Shown: in pieces, positions 11,125-23,889 of the stretch
Layout: every line of letters starts with the position of its first letter
How positions within the stretch are numbered: position 1 is the first letter of the stretch
Notes under the pieces: model-generated
The model's database searches: none
The model's input: the letters and a program-made list of their open reading frames with translations, nothing else
Told to the model about the DNA's origin: nothing
DNA from: Tubulanus polymorphus
Taxonomy: Eukaryota; Animalia; Nemertea
DNA length: 64,000 nt
NCBI RefSeq assembly: GCF_964204645.1
Contig: NC_134030.1
Location: 5,870,778-5,934,777, forward strand
Reading direction: 5' to 3'
Made by a program: the position numbers and the translations under genes

Positions 11125-14100
11125 CTGTTCTTGTTCTTGTTCTAGTAGTTCCGGCCTATATGATGTCACCATCAGACCAACCAATGAGTTTGTACGTAAT
11201 AACACTCATTGTAGTAAGGGGTAGTAGTAACTAAGGGGAATCTTAAGAGAGGATACCCGATAACTATAGGGTTCCCATAATAAAATAGAGTTGATTAAAG
11301 TATATAACATTAAGAGGTTTAAAATCTAGCCAGTAGCGTTTTCACTCTCATATCAATCGGCACGGGTATAGAAATACCTCAGCATCATGGTCTTGAAGAC
11401 TTAGTGATCTGGTTTTGTGGAGTTGGTACACCACCTGTCTTGTAATCTTTTCGACCAGGGGACATCTATCAATATCCAGATACGCATGTGGAGTCAGTAT
11501 GAGTCTGGCACTTTCAGATTTCAACCGTTGATCGGGCATTTTGATTCATTTTTAATCCTGTCCAGATAGGGTCGGCGCTTGGATTGAAGGGCCAAGCAAA
11601 CCACCAGGAAGTGATTTAGGGTCTTGGGTTCAGTGTAGCATAAAGGGCATTTTTCTTTGCGATTTTTTCCCGCATATTTCAGACCGGATATAAGGGACCA
11701 GGAGCCGGACCTTGATAGTCGCTCGTTTTCCATCTCACCTTGACACTAGCAGAATCTCCAGTCAGGACTTCCAGAATCGGTGGAAGATCATATTTATCAA
11801 GGATCATGGCTTCCTGATTTGTCCATGTTTTTGCAGCAGACGTTTTGGCTGCATACTGTCTGGTGATAATTTGATACTCTATTGACGCCGGGTTACGGGC
11901 TACAGAGCCAAGGAATGTCAGCATCTTGATGTGAATTTGGGCAGTAATTGGTACCACACCGGCAAGCAGGTAAACAGCAACAGTAGCCGTACTATCAGGC
12001 AGATACTGGATGCTGCGTAGAGCCTTCCTATAGTAAACTTCCAACAATTCATTTTCTCTTTCTGTTATTATCATGGCTTCCAGTCCATATGTTAGCACGG
12101 ACTACATATACTTCCAGTAATTTCAGGGCTACTTCCGGTCCAACTCCATTTAGTCCATGCATACCAGCACCCATCAGTGCATACGAAGTGAGTCGTGCTT
12201 TTTTTATCCTATCCTCTATTGTTGCTTCTGCTTTATTATCACATGTCCTTTCAAGCCCGAGATACTTTTCTTGAGTTGTTTGTGAAACTACGGTATTAAT
12301 TTAATAACATGCACTCCTAACTCAAGGTTACCATTTTTTGGTTCATCACCGTGACTTTTGTCTTCGTTTCACTAACCGCTGTCTATTTGCATCATTCACG
12401 GCAATTCCTATGAGGGTCTTCGATCCGAGTGTTGGTTTCGCCAGTATCGCCGTATCATCCATCTTCACCCGTCAAGGGATTCGAACCCACTACGCTAAAG
12501 CTGTTCGCCGAACCCCTTGACCTCACGAGTCGCTGGAGTCGTTACTAGCCGACCAGAATCCGGTCGTACCAATCACAGCGCTTGTAACAAACGACTTCAC
12601 GCTTCTATTGGTTTTCCCGTTAAATGGACCAATCAACGAACGTTTTACTGAACAAGGAAGTATTTCGCAAATCGAGGCCAGGGGGCTGGTGGAAGCGAGT
12701 TCGGGTGTGATACCGGACCCCTGGCAAGCGAGGATGCGTATCATCCGCTACAGTAGGAGCTCCCGTATCAATGGTGCCAATTCTGTAAGAGTCAGGATGC
12801 GTGCCAATTGAACGTATCATGATGTCTGATTTTGCCTTGAAGCATATCGTGCTAGTAATGCCACCCTGCCGTATTCCTTGTGCCTCAGATATGGATCTTG
12901 AAAGGATGGACCCATATTTTTGACTCTGGTTCTAACATCACTGTACATATCTTGGTACATAAGCCATAGTTTACCCTGTATTCCACTGTTATGGAGGGCA
13001 ACTAACATGCTGTCATGGTCAACCGTGTCGAAGGCCTTTTGTGTATCCATGAAAATGACGTCCAGCGCCTGTTTAATATCATTTGCATCCGCAATAGTCT
13101 CTGTGTTGATGAGGGCTCCATGCGATGGAGACTTATTTGCGGTGAAACCAAACTGCAGATTACATGGTTAGGGACCAATATTTCATCAGAAAGCCTTGCA
13201 ATTTCATTTTCTATAACTTTCCCAATAGTAGAAGAGACAGTTATTCTCCTTTTGTTGTCCGGGTTATCTGGAGTCTTGCCTGGCTTTTGAACAGGTGTTA
13301 TGACGCCTTGCTTGAACTGTTGTGGCAACTCGCCTCGCTCGAACACTCTTTCAGCTATAATCAGGAGTAGATCAGTTGCACATTTGGTGCATTTTTCAGG
13401 TGCTCTGCTGATAGACCATACTCATCTGCTGCCGCATCATTTTTCATAGACTTGATATGCTTCAACATCCAAGCTGGGTCCCATATAGGGGCCTTTTGCG
13501 GCTTTACACATTTTTCAATTAAGAGCTTTTGGATTATCATAGACTTTTTATAGTTCTCATCGAAAAATTCATCAGGCTTTGGTGTGGCCAACTCTTCAAA
13601 GTAGGAGGCCCAACATTCTACCTCAGGGTCGTTATCACTTGAAAATCTTACATTTTGATTACTGAGACCTGGTTTACGCTGCTTTACAATAAGTTTGTAG
13701 AACAATTGCTTATCATTTGTACAAGCTGTCAGGATATCATCATATTGGTTTTGTCTTTTCTCATAGGCAAGTTTCCGCTGAGCTGATCTTAGTTCGGCTC
13801 TTGCACGACGTTTCTCTAGGAACAGAGTATGATTTTCCATATCTTCCTTTCTAGCATGCGTCAATTTACTCCGCTTCATCAGGGGTCGTAGTGTATGGCT
13901 ATTCCAAGGGCGCTTCCTCTTTATTTTGCTCCGCACTCGAGGTTTTCCTCCTGCTTCCATTGCCGAGCTTACCAGGATCTGGCAAATATGACTAACTAGA
14001 ATCTGAGTATGAGTTTCCTCTACGGCTTGCTGGGATAGCATGATATCCACCTTTTCTTTTATTTTTTTCTTATATTTATCAATGTTTACCTTCTTCCAGT

Positions 14101-14690
14101 TACATCTCGGGGTATAGCATATTGTTCCACCACATCCCTCCTCCGTGTATAATCATTATTCTGCATCCTATGTTCAACATAGATTGTCACCGGGTCATGA
14201 GGACCAGTATTTAGGGGGTTCCTTCTATCCAGGGTAGCTTTCACGGCTATATCATTGTCACCACTTCTCATCAGGAACATGTCAATAGTTGAGGTTATAC
14301 TTCCCACAAAGTGATGGTACGTACATTGGTCCGATGCCATCATAAAAGGGGACAATTATGCCCATTTTAACAACAGCTTTCCGTAGCTTTGTGTCATTAC
14401 TAGTTGGTTTCGCTCGTTCCAAACTAAAATTTATATCGCCTCCCCATAATATTCTCGTTTCGGCATATTTTTGAAACAACTCGTGTACCTCATCTAGTAC
14501 CTCATCATATGAAGCCTGGGTGTCCCTAGTACCTTCCGTCGGCATATATGTGTTGATGACAGTGATATCATTTTTACTTCCACTGATCCGTACTCTGCAG
14601 CTACTCTTGTACTGCCATCCACCAGTGGCGTTTCGCAGATCACTCCTCCATATTATGGCTACACCCGCTCGCTGTCTCTGGTTCTGCAGT
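11125..14690 (-). mobile_element. Degenerate 5'-truncated non-LTR retrotransposon (APE endonuclease + RT + C-terminal CCHC), possibly RTE-X-like; clade uncertain
   Basis: Frameshifted fragments in the expected order on -. EN: MPTEG, LWGGDINF, TIDMFL, GPHDPV. RT: FKQGVITPVQK, RRITVSSTIGKV, MDTQKAFDTVDH, GAPTVADD, TYGLE. Zinc knuckle CPLC...NHFLVVC. 3' tail of GAACAA repeats (plus strand 11125-11142). The 5' boundary is approximate. Confidence 0.9.
12460..12736. mobile_element. 277-bp non-autonomous TIR element (MITE) nested in the LINE RT, with 9-bp TSD
   Basis: Direct repeat cgtatcatc at 12451-12459 and 12737-12745. Imperfect TIRs: catcttcacccgtcaaggg vs (rc) catcctcgcttgccagggg. Removing the insert restores PTVADDTAILA on the minus strand. 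Confidence 0.85.
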
Positions 14691-15791
14691 TAGATTAGTT
14701 AGTTACCTAATCGTTGGTGGTAAGCTTTTATAATCGGATGGGCTTATACCAACGTTAGGGATGACAAGGGCCAAAACACGGTTGAAAAAAGTAACACTTC
14801 AAAAATATACTTTCTATCCACTTCAGTCCACAATTAATGGCTTATTTCACAAACTTACACAGGTACCTTTCGAAATAATCCAATTTTATGCATGTTTCGA
14901 GTGATTAATCAACATTATTTTGAGAAATTAATTAATTTCTCCACAAATTTCGCCATTGGCCGCCATTTCTCTGTATTGCACATGTGGCATGATAAGACAA
15001 GGGGACCTACAAGGATTTATATAAAACTTTCAAGACGAAACGACAATTTTTATTTTTGATGGTTTTCCAACCTATATTTCAAATCTTCGTGTTTTCCTTA
15101 ATTAATATTTAAATAATAAATTCTGGTAAAAGAAAAATGTGAATAAGTGTTGATTTCTTAATATTTTTCAATTTCGTCGTTTCGCTTTGTTAGTTTGTGC
15201 TGTTGTCCTTGCCTCAGTCCACAGGTGCCAGCACCTCCAGTAATTTTTAAAATGGCAGCTGTTGACTCTACGGAAATTTACACTCACTTTACGGCCGATT
15301 TGCACATGGATTAAGATCGTCAGGTGAGGTGTTATAGGTATCAGACAAACTACGAATCTGTTGTGCGTCGATTACAACAAAAATTAGACGGATATCTTAA
15401 GAGACAATGAAATGCCAGGCAAATTACTCGTCAGTCAAATTGGCTGACGAAGATTTCATACAAAAATGACCTTCCCATTCCTGACTGTGGTTTGTGAAAA
15501 TATCCGATTGTGAAACTAAACCACAGACAGGTTACTGACTACAGTTAGATGGGATTCGGTCATTATCATCATAACATTTTATCAGTACATCATATCCCGG
15601 GAGTAAGTGCGGTAAATTTCCTGTCTCGTAGCGGTGAAGCCAATGTTCTTGATAAGCATGACATCATTTTGTTTTAGTTGACCTTGGAGTAATCATTGAA
15701 CGATTCAATGATTACTCCAAGAGTTGACCTAGCAGATAGACCAGTACAGTGGCAGCACTGGCGTACACGGTAGGTCATGTGACAAGACAAA

Positions 15792-18066
15792 ATGGCAGCG
15801 CTCGGGGATGAAAACATAACTGTGATTTTGCAGGAAAAATTGAAAATAATTCTGGTATCTATTGATTTTACACTCTCTACAACACACTCTAATGAAAGAA
15901 TAACATATTTCTTTGAGCAGCCACATTCAAGTAGGCTACTAAATCTTTCTTTTTCTGAATGTTTCAGGAAGACAAACCAATCCCAAAACCTGGAAATAAT
16001 GGTAAGCCTTCGCAATAGTGTTAATGAATAATAAATGTGTTCAAATCAATTAGGATGTTGCTTTTATTTTTAATATCTATTTGCAGAAGTTCAAATTGAA
16101 ATGCACAGTGTTGGTATTTGTGGATCGGATGTTCATTACTGGCAAAAAGGTTCAATCGGTGAATTCATATTAAAATCACCTATGCAACTGGGTCACGAGT
16201 CAAGTGGTGTCATCTCTGAAATCGGGGCTAATGTAAAGCACTTGAAAATCGGTAAGGTCAAAAATGGTTTGTAGAACACTGGATGATCTTTACCCCTTTA
16301 ACTGCCCCCATTAATTCAGTTGTTATTTTACTATTCATCGCAATTGATTTATGGATTAATTCCTTTTTGAAAGGAGATAGAGTTGCCCTTGAACCTACTG
16401 TACCGTGTGGAAGTTGTAGTTTCTGTCGAATTGGGAGGTATAACCTGTGTCCCGATGTTGAGTGTCATTCCACTCCTCCCTGTGATGGTAGTTTAGCTCG
16501 ATACATTGTGTATAGGGCTGACTATTGCTACAAGTAAGCTTTATTGAAAACATCACGATTTACAAATAGTTAACTCAGGGTGGCCACTGACCTGGTAATC
16601 TGGAGAAGTCAGTGAATTTTCTTTTCTTTAAAAAAAGTCAGGGAATAGTCAGAGATTTCTGTAGAAAAGCTAAAAGTCGGGAAAATTTGTTGAGATTGCT
16701 ATGTCGTTCATAAAATCAGACAGTTTCCGTCTAATGTCTTACATATTTGACTGTGTTAATTACCGCGTAAATGGAATCTTAACAGATTGAGTCAGGGAAA
16801 ACAATGTACACGTCAGGGAAATGTCAGGGAAATAGTGGCCACCCTTTAACTGTTTATAAAATGTAAAATACACAACTAGCAAAAATTTAGAAGTGACCAT
16901 ATATAGGTATTCTAAACTATGACAATGTGATATATTATTATACCAAATGTTGAGCTATTTTCATTTCAGGATTCCAGACAACATGAGTTTTGAAGAGGGT
17001 GCACTTTGTGAACCATTGTCAGTTGGAATTTATGCTTGTAGACGTGGTAATGTTGCATTAGGTCACAAAGTTCTCGTCACTGGAGCAGGTATATCTAAAA
17101 TTCATATCTCTTCACTTTCCTGTTCAAATTAGATTTGACGATCTGCTGACTGTGTTGACTCGGTGATTTTCAGGTCCAATTGGTTTGGTCTCCATGCTGA
17201 CGGCAAAAGCAATGGGAGCGAGTGAAGTCTGCATAACTGGTATTTGAATGGCCTTTTACAATCATTTTCCCAAAATCGTTTTGCTCAAATTAGCTGATGT
17301 ACGTGATAAATATGTACTCTTTTCTATTTTAGACATATCTGCTGAACGTTTAGAGTTTGCAAAGAAGATTGGGGCTGATCACACACTTCTGATCGATACT
17401 AAAGATGTCGATGTTCTTTCTAAGAAAGTGCAGACAGCTTTTGGTGCCAAACCTGATGTGACGATTGAATGCTCAGGAGCCCAGTCTAGCGTAGAACTTG
17501 GCATATATGTTAGCATTAATTATATTATCATGTACCATGGCTTAATTAGCCCTTGTAGAAATTAGGAGAGTTTGAGTTTTTTTTTTTTTTTCAGTCAACT
17601 GTGAATGGTGGTTGTATTGTTTTGGTCGGTATGGGACCCGATAAAGTGACTATACCTCTGCTTTATGCAGCCTGTCATGAGATCGATATCAAAGGAACTT
17701 TCCGTTATTCAAACACGTAAGTCATCATTGACCATTGAAAAAATGTATTGTGTTAGTTCAAACTATTTTTTATTTCAAGCAATTAAGGTAATTCAATTTG
17801 ATAGTTAAGTATTATATCGATGAGGGGCTTAATTAGCCCTTGCGTCAAATTGAAATGGTGTTGAATAACCAGTACTAATAAAAGGGTTTCTTTGCTTTTT
17901 TCAAAGTTGGCCAACAGCTATCAGAATGATATCATCAGGATCTGTTAATGTCAAACCTCTCGTTACACATCGCTTCCCGATTGAAGATGCACTCGTTGCA
18001 TTTGAGACAGCGAGATCAGGGGCAGGCGGCGCTATTAAAGTCATTATTGACTGTTTTAAGAATTAA
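15792..18066 (+). CDS. SORD: Sorbitol dehydrogenase (MDR zinc-dependent polyol dehydrogenase)
   Basis: Nine exons: 15792-15854, 15968-16001, 16087-16251, 16374-16533, 16970-17088, 17174-17239, 17333-17508, 17595-17716, 17907-18066. Motifs [72 protein letters not shown]. Confidence 0.95.
16576..16845. mobile_element. hAT-like MITE in SORD intron 4
   Basis: TIRs (c)agggtggccact ... agtggccaccct. Repeated subterminal gtcagggaa motifs. Partial target duplication ttaact on both sides. Confidence 0.8.
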
Positions 18067-19599
18067 AACATTATTTCAACATGTACATTCCTCAACGTAT
18101 ACCAAACGTAATTCAAAAAATTGTATCGTGTCTAGCTGTTTGAAGCATAATTAAGTAAGGAACAATAAAAATGATGATGATATTTTAAAAATTCATAGAT
18201 ATGAATCAAAATCATAATATTCCGATCTTTGAGATACAGCAGAAAGCAGGTTTTGAATTAACAGTTTTATGAATTATTGTGAATAGTTTATTTATGTAAA
18301 TATGATTCAAAAAATTGGTTTAACTCTGTATGAAAATTAGATGTGTCTTGCATTCCAGTTTTGCAAAAAAAAGAAATCAAAAGAAATACATTTCTTGCTA
18401 CTACATGTAAAAAATCTAATGTACTTTTGGCGGGTTAAGGACCAAATACTTTTTACATAAAATACACATATCTTATCATCGTTTGCCGCAAGACCTTTGA
18501 TAAAGTGATCAAATTTTATTTCGGGGAATATTTTCTTGACACTCTAAAACAAGATGATATGAATGTAATCATATGGTGCTAGTTTATTTTCCGATGGGGT
18601 TTCTAATGTTGCTCGAATATTTATATTTATTTAGAAATAGATGCATGGTTTAAAACAAATTAAGGTTTCTTATTTGAGAGCCCTTTGTGGGATTAGTTAT
18701 CGGTAAATTTTTTTCGCGTGGATCAGGATCACAATCGACGGCGAAGAGTTTTTACGTGACTTCTTTATTTGAAATCGTCATCTGTGTGTGCACTCAGCAG
18801 GCGACCAGTCGGCTACGGAAAGCTGGGGTCCAAAATAACTACCTATAAAATACTTTTTACTTATAGGTTAAAAAGATATCAAATCGAATCTTTGAGCTCC
18901 GCAGTCGTGACAAGACCCTGTCATCGAAAATAGTAGCCCCATAAAGCCGATATCTAGCAGCGGGAACATCGCTCCCTGAGAACTACACCGATACGTGCTG
19001 CCCCTATGTATAACATTGGCGGTAGATATGCGAACTAATTCATTACTCGCATGCCACAGGAAGATAAACTAGCCGTGGCATGTTTGTTTTTGGGGTCACC
19101 TATTCGGTCGGTAAATAGCACGGTTTTCAATGTAAATGTGGACCCGGAAGTAAACCAGAAGCTCTGTCAAGAAAAAAATATTTTTCATATTTTTGGAGCA
19201 ATTAAACCTAGCTTTACGCCTCCCTCATACTTCTTTTTCTGAAGTCTTCTCAAGATAATGACGGCGATAGAGCAGCAGATTGAATGAAATTACCTGAAAT
19301 AGGCTATCCTAATCGAAATGAATCGATTTTTCCGTCCTTGAAATTAAGAATCCCTATTTGACAAGCGAATTCTCATTTCACGTAGAAGCATCGGCTTATT
19401 CGGCGATTTGATTGATAAGAATTAGTGACCTGTGATCAAACCATTTATCATTCACGATAATGATCTAGAAAAACCAAATGAATAATTATGGTCGTTTTTC
19501 ATCGGACCTCGTTTTGGGAAGCTGTGCCTGTATGTAGTTAATAGTGACATCTTTGTTGACTAGAAATCTCTAATCTTGAACGCTTTTACAAAGTTAAAG

Positions 19600-22500
19600 A
19601 TGGTTTATCACGTTGATATTGTTGTTGGAGTGTCTATGATTTTAATTTCATTAATGCATCGAACGTCTTCATTCCAAATGCAGCCGGCGTCCGCTGACGG
19701 TTTCATATCACCAGGTAGCTTATATTTTCTTTGTTTCACTTAGGCCTATATTCGGTGTCGGGTCAAAACGTCCTCATGTCAAAACGTCCTCGCCTACCCG
19801 GTCAAAATGTCCTCGCTTTTGTCGGTCAAAACGTCCTCACTTTCGTCAGTCAAAACGTCCTCACTCACGCCAGAATAACTTTATCATACAATAAATTCCG
19901 TCAATGCATATAGTTATTAATACTGTTAAATCTGAGTTATAAGCCAAATATATGACCTTTAATGTATATTGGCATATGAGGCAGTCGATCAATATTTACA
20001 AAAACAGAAAATAAAAGTATTTAAAACATAAGACAAACGTTATTTACAACATACTAATTACATACTATTGGAGGAGGGGTCTAAATACATCTAAATAAAG
20101 TTCAGATTTTTTAAAACATCAAGGTTCCTAAAGGTGACTTTCGTGAGGTGCTGCCCTCTCCCCACTGCTGTTGATTGAGCTGCTGAGTGTGGAGAGGATA
20201 TAGGCCCCTAATACAGTCAAGGACGTTTTGACCATGGACGGTTTGACATGAGGACGTTTTGACCGTAATTCCTATATTCAGTTGGTATTTTGTTATTTAA
20301 AAAAACCTTGTCGAAACTTCATAGCCCCCGCCCCTATGTCCTAAACCTACCCCTCCATTAGCTATCTCCATCTTTCCGTATCATAACCTTACTAAATCTT
20401 AGTCTACGAACTCTAAGCCCAATCAGACAGGTTTTGGCTTTAGATAGCATCAGGTTCACATCCATGCCAAGGGAAGATGTGTATATATTTACCCCTTTGT
20501 AAACTAATGATTCTCATTCACGTGATGAAGCTACTATGTAGTAGCAAAAGCTTGTGCATCTAATAATCTAGTTAACCTATAAAATATTATCCATCTGGTA
20601 TTTATTCTACACCAGGTTGCCACGGCCCCTCTACGAATGAACAAATGATTGTAAAGCTTAGCCAAAACTTTCATTTGCTCAATTATGAATTAGTTGTTAT
20701 CTCTAGAATCCGATGAATTAACTTTCTCTTCATTGTATTCATCGTTTAGGTTTTCATAGATCTTCAGCGCCTGAAGGTCTACACCAGAGTCCTGGATCAG
20801 ATCCGTACACCGAGCGGGTTATAATGTGGACCTGTGCGACTGAAGAATGTCTCTCAAACATGACTGTGAAATCATTCCAACATTGGTGGACTGTGCAACC
20901 TACAACACGACGACTATCAATGAGCTCGCAATTGAAATGGGTTCAAAGAGTTGCTCTCAAGGTTATTATCATTGAGGCCTATCTATATGCTCATTAGTAC
21001 AGAATTCGACACTAAAAATAAATTGGAGTCCAATTCGTTTCCTCGAGTGAGTAGCTTATTCAACGTTTTGACTAAATCCAAATGGTCTATAGATAATCAG
21101 TATTCCTCATGATGACTTTATTAGTATATACATGTAGTTGAAACGTTGAATGCTTCCAGTATCTCGAGGTAATGTTTTTATATTATCATTCCAACACGAA
21201 CAGTGTTTGATCGATGGTTATGATTTCATTGTTTCAGCTTGTTCTTTAGACCTTCAGGTTTTGAATATTCGGAATTTACTTGTAGGATCTTCTGAAAAGC
21301 GATGAATATCAGTATACTGTAGCGGATCATAGCTTTACGTTCTATACTTGGTCGAATGCTCGGGTAAGCTGCAGGCTGAAAATCAACCATTTTCAATAGG
21401 CCTACATAGTTCATTATTTTACTCTAACAGTATCTATCTCAAAACTCTTCAAGGTGTTTCTACTGATTTCTTGTAGTCATTAGAGTTTCTGCTGTATGGT
21501 AGTATCGAGGACAGTATGGGTGACCAGTCTCCCGCCCATCGACAGCTCATGTATGAATTATCAATGGGAAAGTATGCAGCCGTAATCAATCTGGGCAGTT
21601 TAACGTGTCAAAAACAGGTTTGTGCATTCGATTTGGACATTATTTCTTACAGGCTTTAGACTCCACCTAACTGGGTATAGGGCTCAGGACTCCTCATAGA
21701 TACATGAATCTGCAATAGGGAGGTTTGAATTGGAAGGAGTCATTAACTTTCTTATGGATCTCCAGCATTGTATTTTACACGTATTATTTCTGACGTTAGT
21801 TTATCAACTTTTCAGTCAATTCATCAGTTTCTCAGCAACTTACAGAGTTTAGCTTCACAAGTTCCGTATCTAACTACCCCGGGTAAAGGAGGTACGTAGT
21901 GATATGGTTTTTCATTGTGAAAACCTTGACAATTTTACCCTGTTTGACGATACGAATTCCTATCCATATTCAGAATGAATTACCTTGTTTTCATTGATCT
22001 CTTTTTTTTTCTGTAAATGTTTAGAGTTGGACGACAAGTTTAATCTTTATACACAGTTATTTTCAATGCCAAATGTTGATTGGCCGATGAGACAATTATG
22101 GTACAGTTTCAATGTTCGATATGCGCATATAATTAGGTACTTATGATATTAATATTATATATTGAAGAGCAGAGCATCATTTTTCGATAGGCAGAAATGA
22201 GGTCGATGAATACATCTTCGTTTCTGTGATATTTATTTCAGTTTTTCGACGGAGGTTTATTTCACTAAGAATCTAACGTTAGTTCAAGAACAACTGCGAT
22301 GGCTCGAAGAAGATCTGATCGAGGCGAATTCGCAGAAGAATCGTCAGTTGCGCAAGTACCCGTGGATTATAGCGTTTTCTCATCGTGCGTTGTACTGTTC
22401 CGGCGATCAAGAATGCATTCATTTCTCAATGAGATTCAAAGAGTACGTTTAACAAAAGAGAATAAAAACAGAAAACTTCATGCCCAATACCTGAAAGAAT

Positions 22501-23886
22501 GGTTAAGCGAGTGAAATATTTTAATTTCTTATCATGCAGAACTTGCAGACTATCAATCTGCTATCTGTTCCCACTGGCTCTGACATTTTGCTAGTCACGT
22601 TGCTCGTATGAACCATCCAATTACTAATCACAATTATCATCCAATTACTGATTAATATGTTAGATAATGGGTGAGGTTTTCATTGAACCCCATTTTTATA
22701 GACATTTTCCTCAATATGCATCGGAAATCAGATCATCCAGACCTCGCCGTCAAAAAATCATTCTGAGGACAGCGGGTATAACACGCAACAGACAACACTG
22801 TCCTGCACTAATTCGTATGAACTAATCGATAAACTGTAACGCGATTTCATCGTTAAATGTCTTTTATTGGGTGTGTTTTTTCAGTTTAGAGAATTTGTTT
22901 CACCGGTACGGCGTTGACCTGGTGATAACGACGCAGGATAACTTCTACGAGCGTACGTTCCCGGTGTTTCTCGGTAACGCTATATACGGCTCATACGTTC
23001 ATCCGACCGCTCCGATATACGTGAACACGGCGGCATTCACGTGTAATACTCATCACATCAGAAATATGCCGTACGTTCACAAACCGAAACAAGGTACGGT
23101 AAATAACCATTGATGAAGTACTCCGTTCGTTTTGTACGTTGGAGATCTTGATGAATCTAATTTCATTTCATAGCTCGACGGGGTAGCCACTGTCATGGAA
23201 AACCCGGAAAAATCAGGGAATCAGAAAAATCTAGAAAAAATCAGGGAAATTCTGCCGAAAACCGGGAAAACTGAGGGAATCAGATAAATCTAGAAATAAT
23301 CAGGGAAACCTCAAATTTTACCAAAAACCTGGAAAACTCAGGGAATTTGGATAATGCCATTGACCATGTGTTTCAGTATGTGATTCAATGAAAATTAATG
23401 TATTGTAACATTTTAAACCTAGAAATTTCTCTGATTCACGCAGGGGGGTTTTGTAAATGGGCAGAAAGTGGCCACCCTGTGAAGGATCAATTCTTGAAAT
23501 GTTCTGATAACCGGATGTATAATGTTTCAGCACCCGAGTGGTGTGCGAAGAAGATCTATACGCACATGAAGTCAACGTACGGTCGATTTCGTATTCACAA
23601 CGCAACTCACTTGCGATGGCAAGAGATGAGCGCCGAGGATCACACGAGCATCGACGCGTTCTGGTTGGTGCAGTATTACCACGGACCGTTCAACATTCCA
23701 CGCGGTAACCACCCGGTCATCGTCGGCGTGTTCGTCACGTTCGCCGTCGTTCTGCTCGTGGTCGGGGTCGGGTTCGTCGGACGTAGACGAATACGAGATT
23801 GTCTCGAGAAGAAACGCGCGTTGAAACACGTGTCGTATATATCACTACAGGAACGATCTACAGCTGAGATGACTACTGTTACATAG
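19600..23886 (+). CDS. ACP7/purple acid phosphatase-like type I membrane protein, predicted catalytically inactive
   Basis: Exons 19600-19714, 20750-20961, 21286-21363, 21477-21617, 21816-21891, 22025-22136, 22242-22442, 22885-23093, 23531-23886 join without stops. Hydrophobic N-terminus. PAP N-domain (PEGLHQSPG...VIMWT). ACP7-like blocks VPYLTTPG, FSMP, LWYSFNV, HIISFSTEVYF, QLRWLEEDL, PWII..HR.LYCS, LENLFHRYGVDL, YER.FP, YGRFRIHNATHL, IDAFWLV. TM VIVGVFVTFAVVLLVVGVGFVG followed by RRR. Exon 1 is the least certain. Confidence 0.88.
19754..20271. mobile_element. Foldback-type MITE with modular TIRs and 7-9 bp TSD, in intron 1 of the ACP7-like gene
   Basis: Five gtcaaaa(c/t)gtcctc units at left and three inverted units at right; 28 of 29 nt TIR identity. 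cctatattc at 19745-19753 and 20271-20279; the exact TSD length depends on the terminus call. Confidence 0.88.
20516..20632 (+). mobile_element. Probable Penelope-like element terminal-repeat remnant with a degenerate minimal hammerhead ribozyme
   Basis: attcac-GTGATGA-a-gctacta-tg-tagtagc-AAAA-gctt-gtgcat: minimal type I hammerhead layout with a perfect stem II and two core changes, followed by an AT-rich tail reminiscent of PLE repeats. Confidence 0.5.
23179..23479. mobile_element. hAT-like MITE related to the SORD-intron element, in intron 8 of the ACP7-like gene
   Basis: cggggtagccact ... agtggccaccctg termini. Multiple tcagggaa subterminal repeats. No clear TSD. Confidence 0.78.
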
Positions 23887-23889
23887 AAA

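Noticed and set aside
12471-12521. tRNA B-box-like GGTTCGAATCCC (similar motifs near 26148 and 58951)
   Set aside because: No A box or cloverleaf could be built; here it is one arm of a MITE subterminal hairpin.
15252-15314. aaaATGGCAGCT start-like motif upstream of SORD
   Set aside because: Stops after 20 codons with no homology; the SORD start at 15792 already gives a complete N-terminus.
19761-19864. Short repeats with spacers resembling a CRISPR array
   Set aside because: Eukaryotic intron, spacers only 2-10 nt, and inverted copies plus a TSD show a foldback transposon end.
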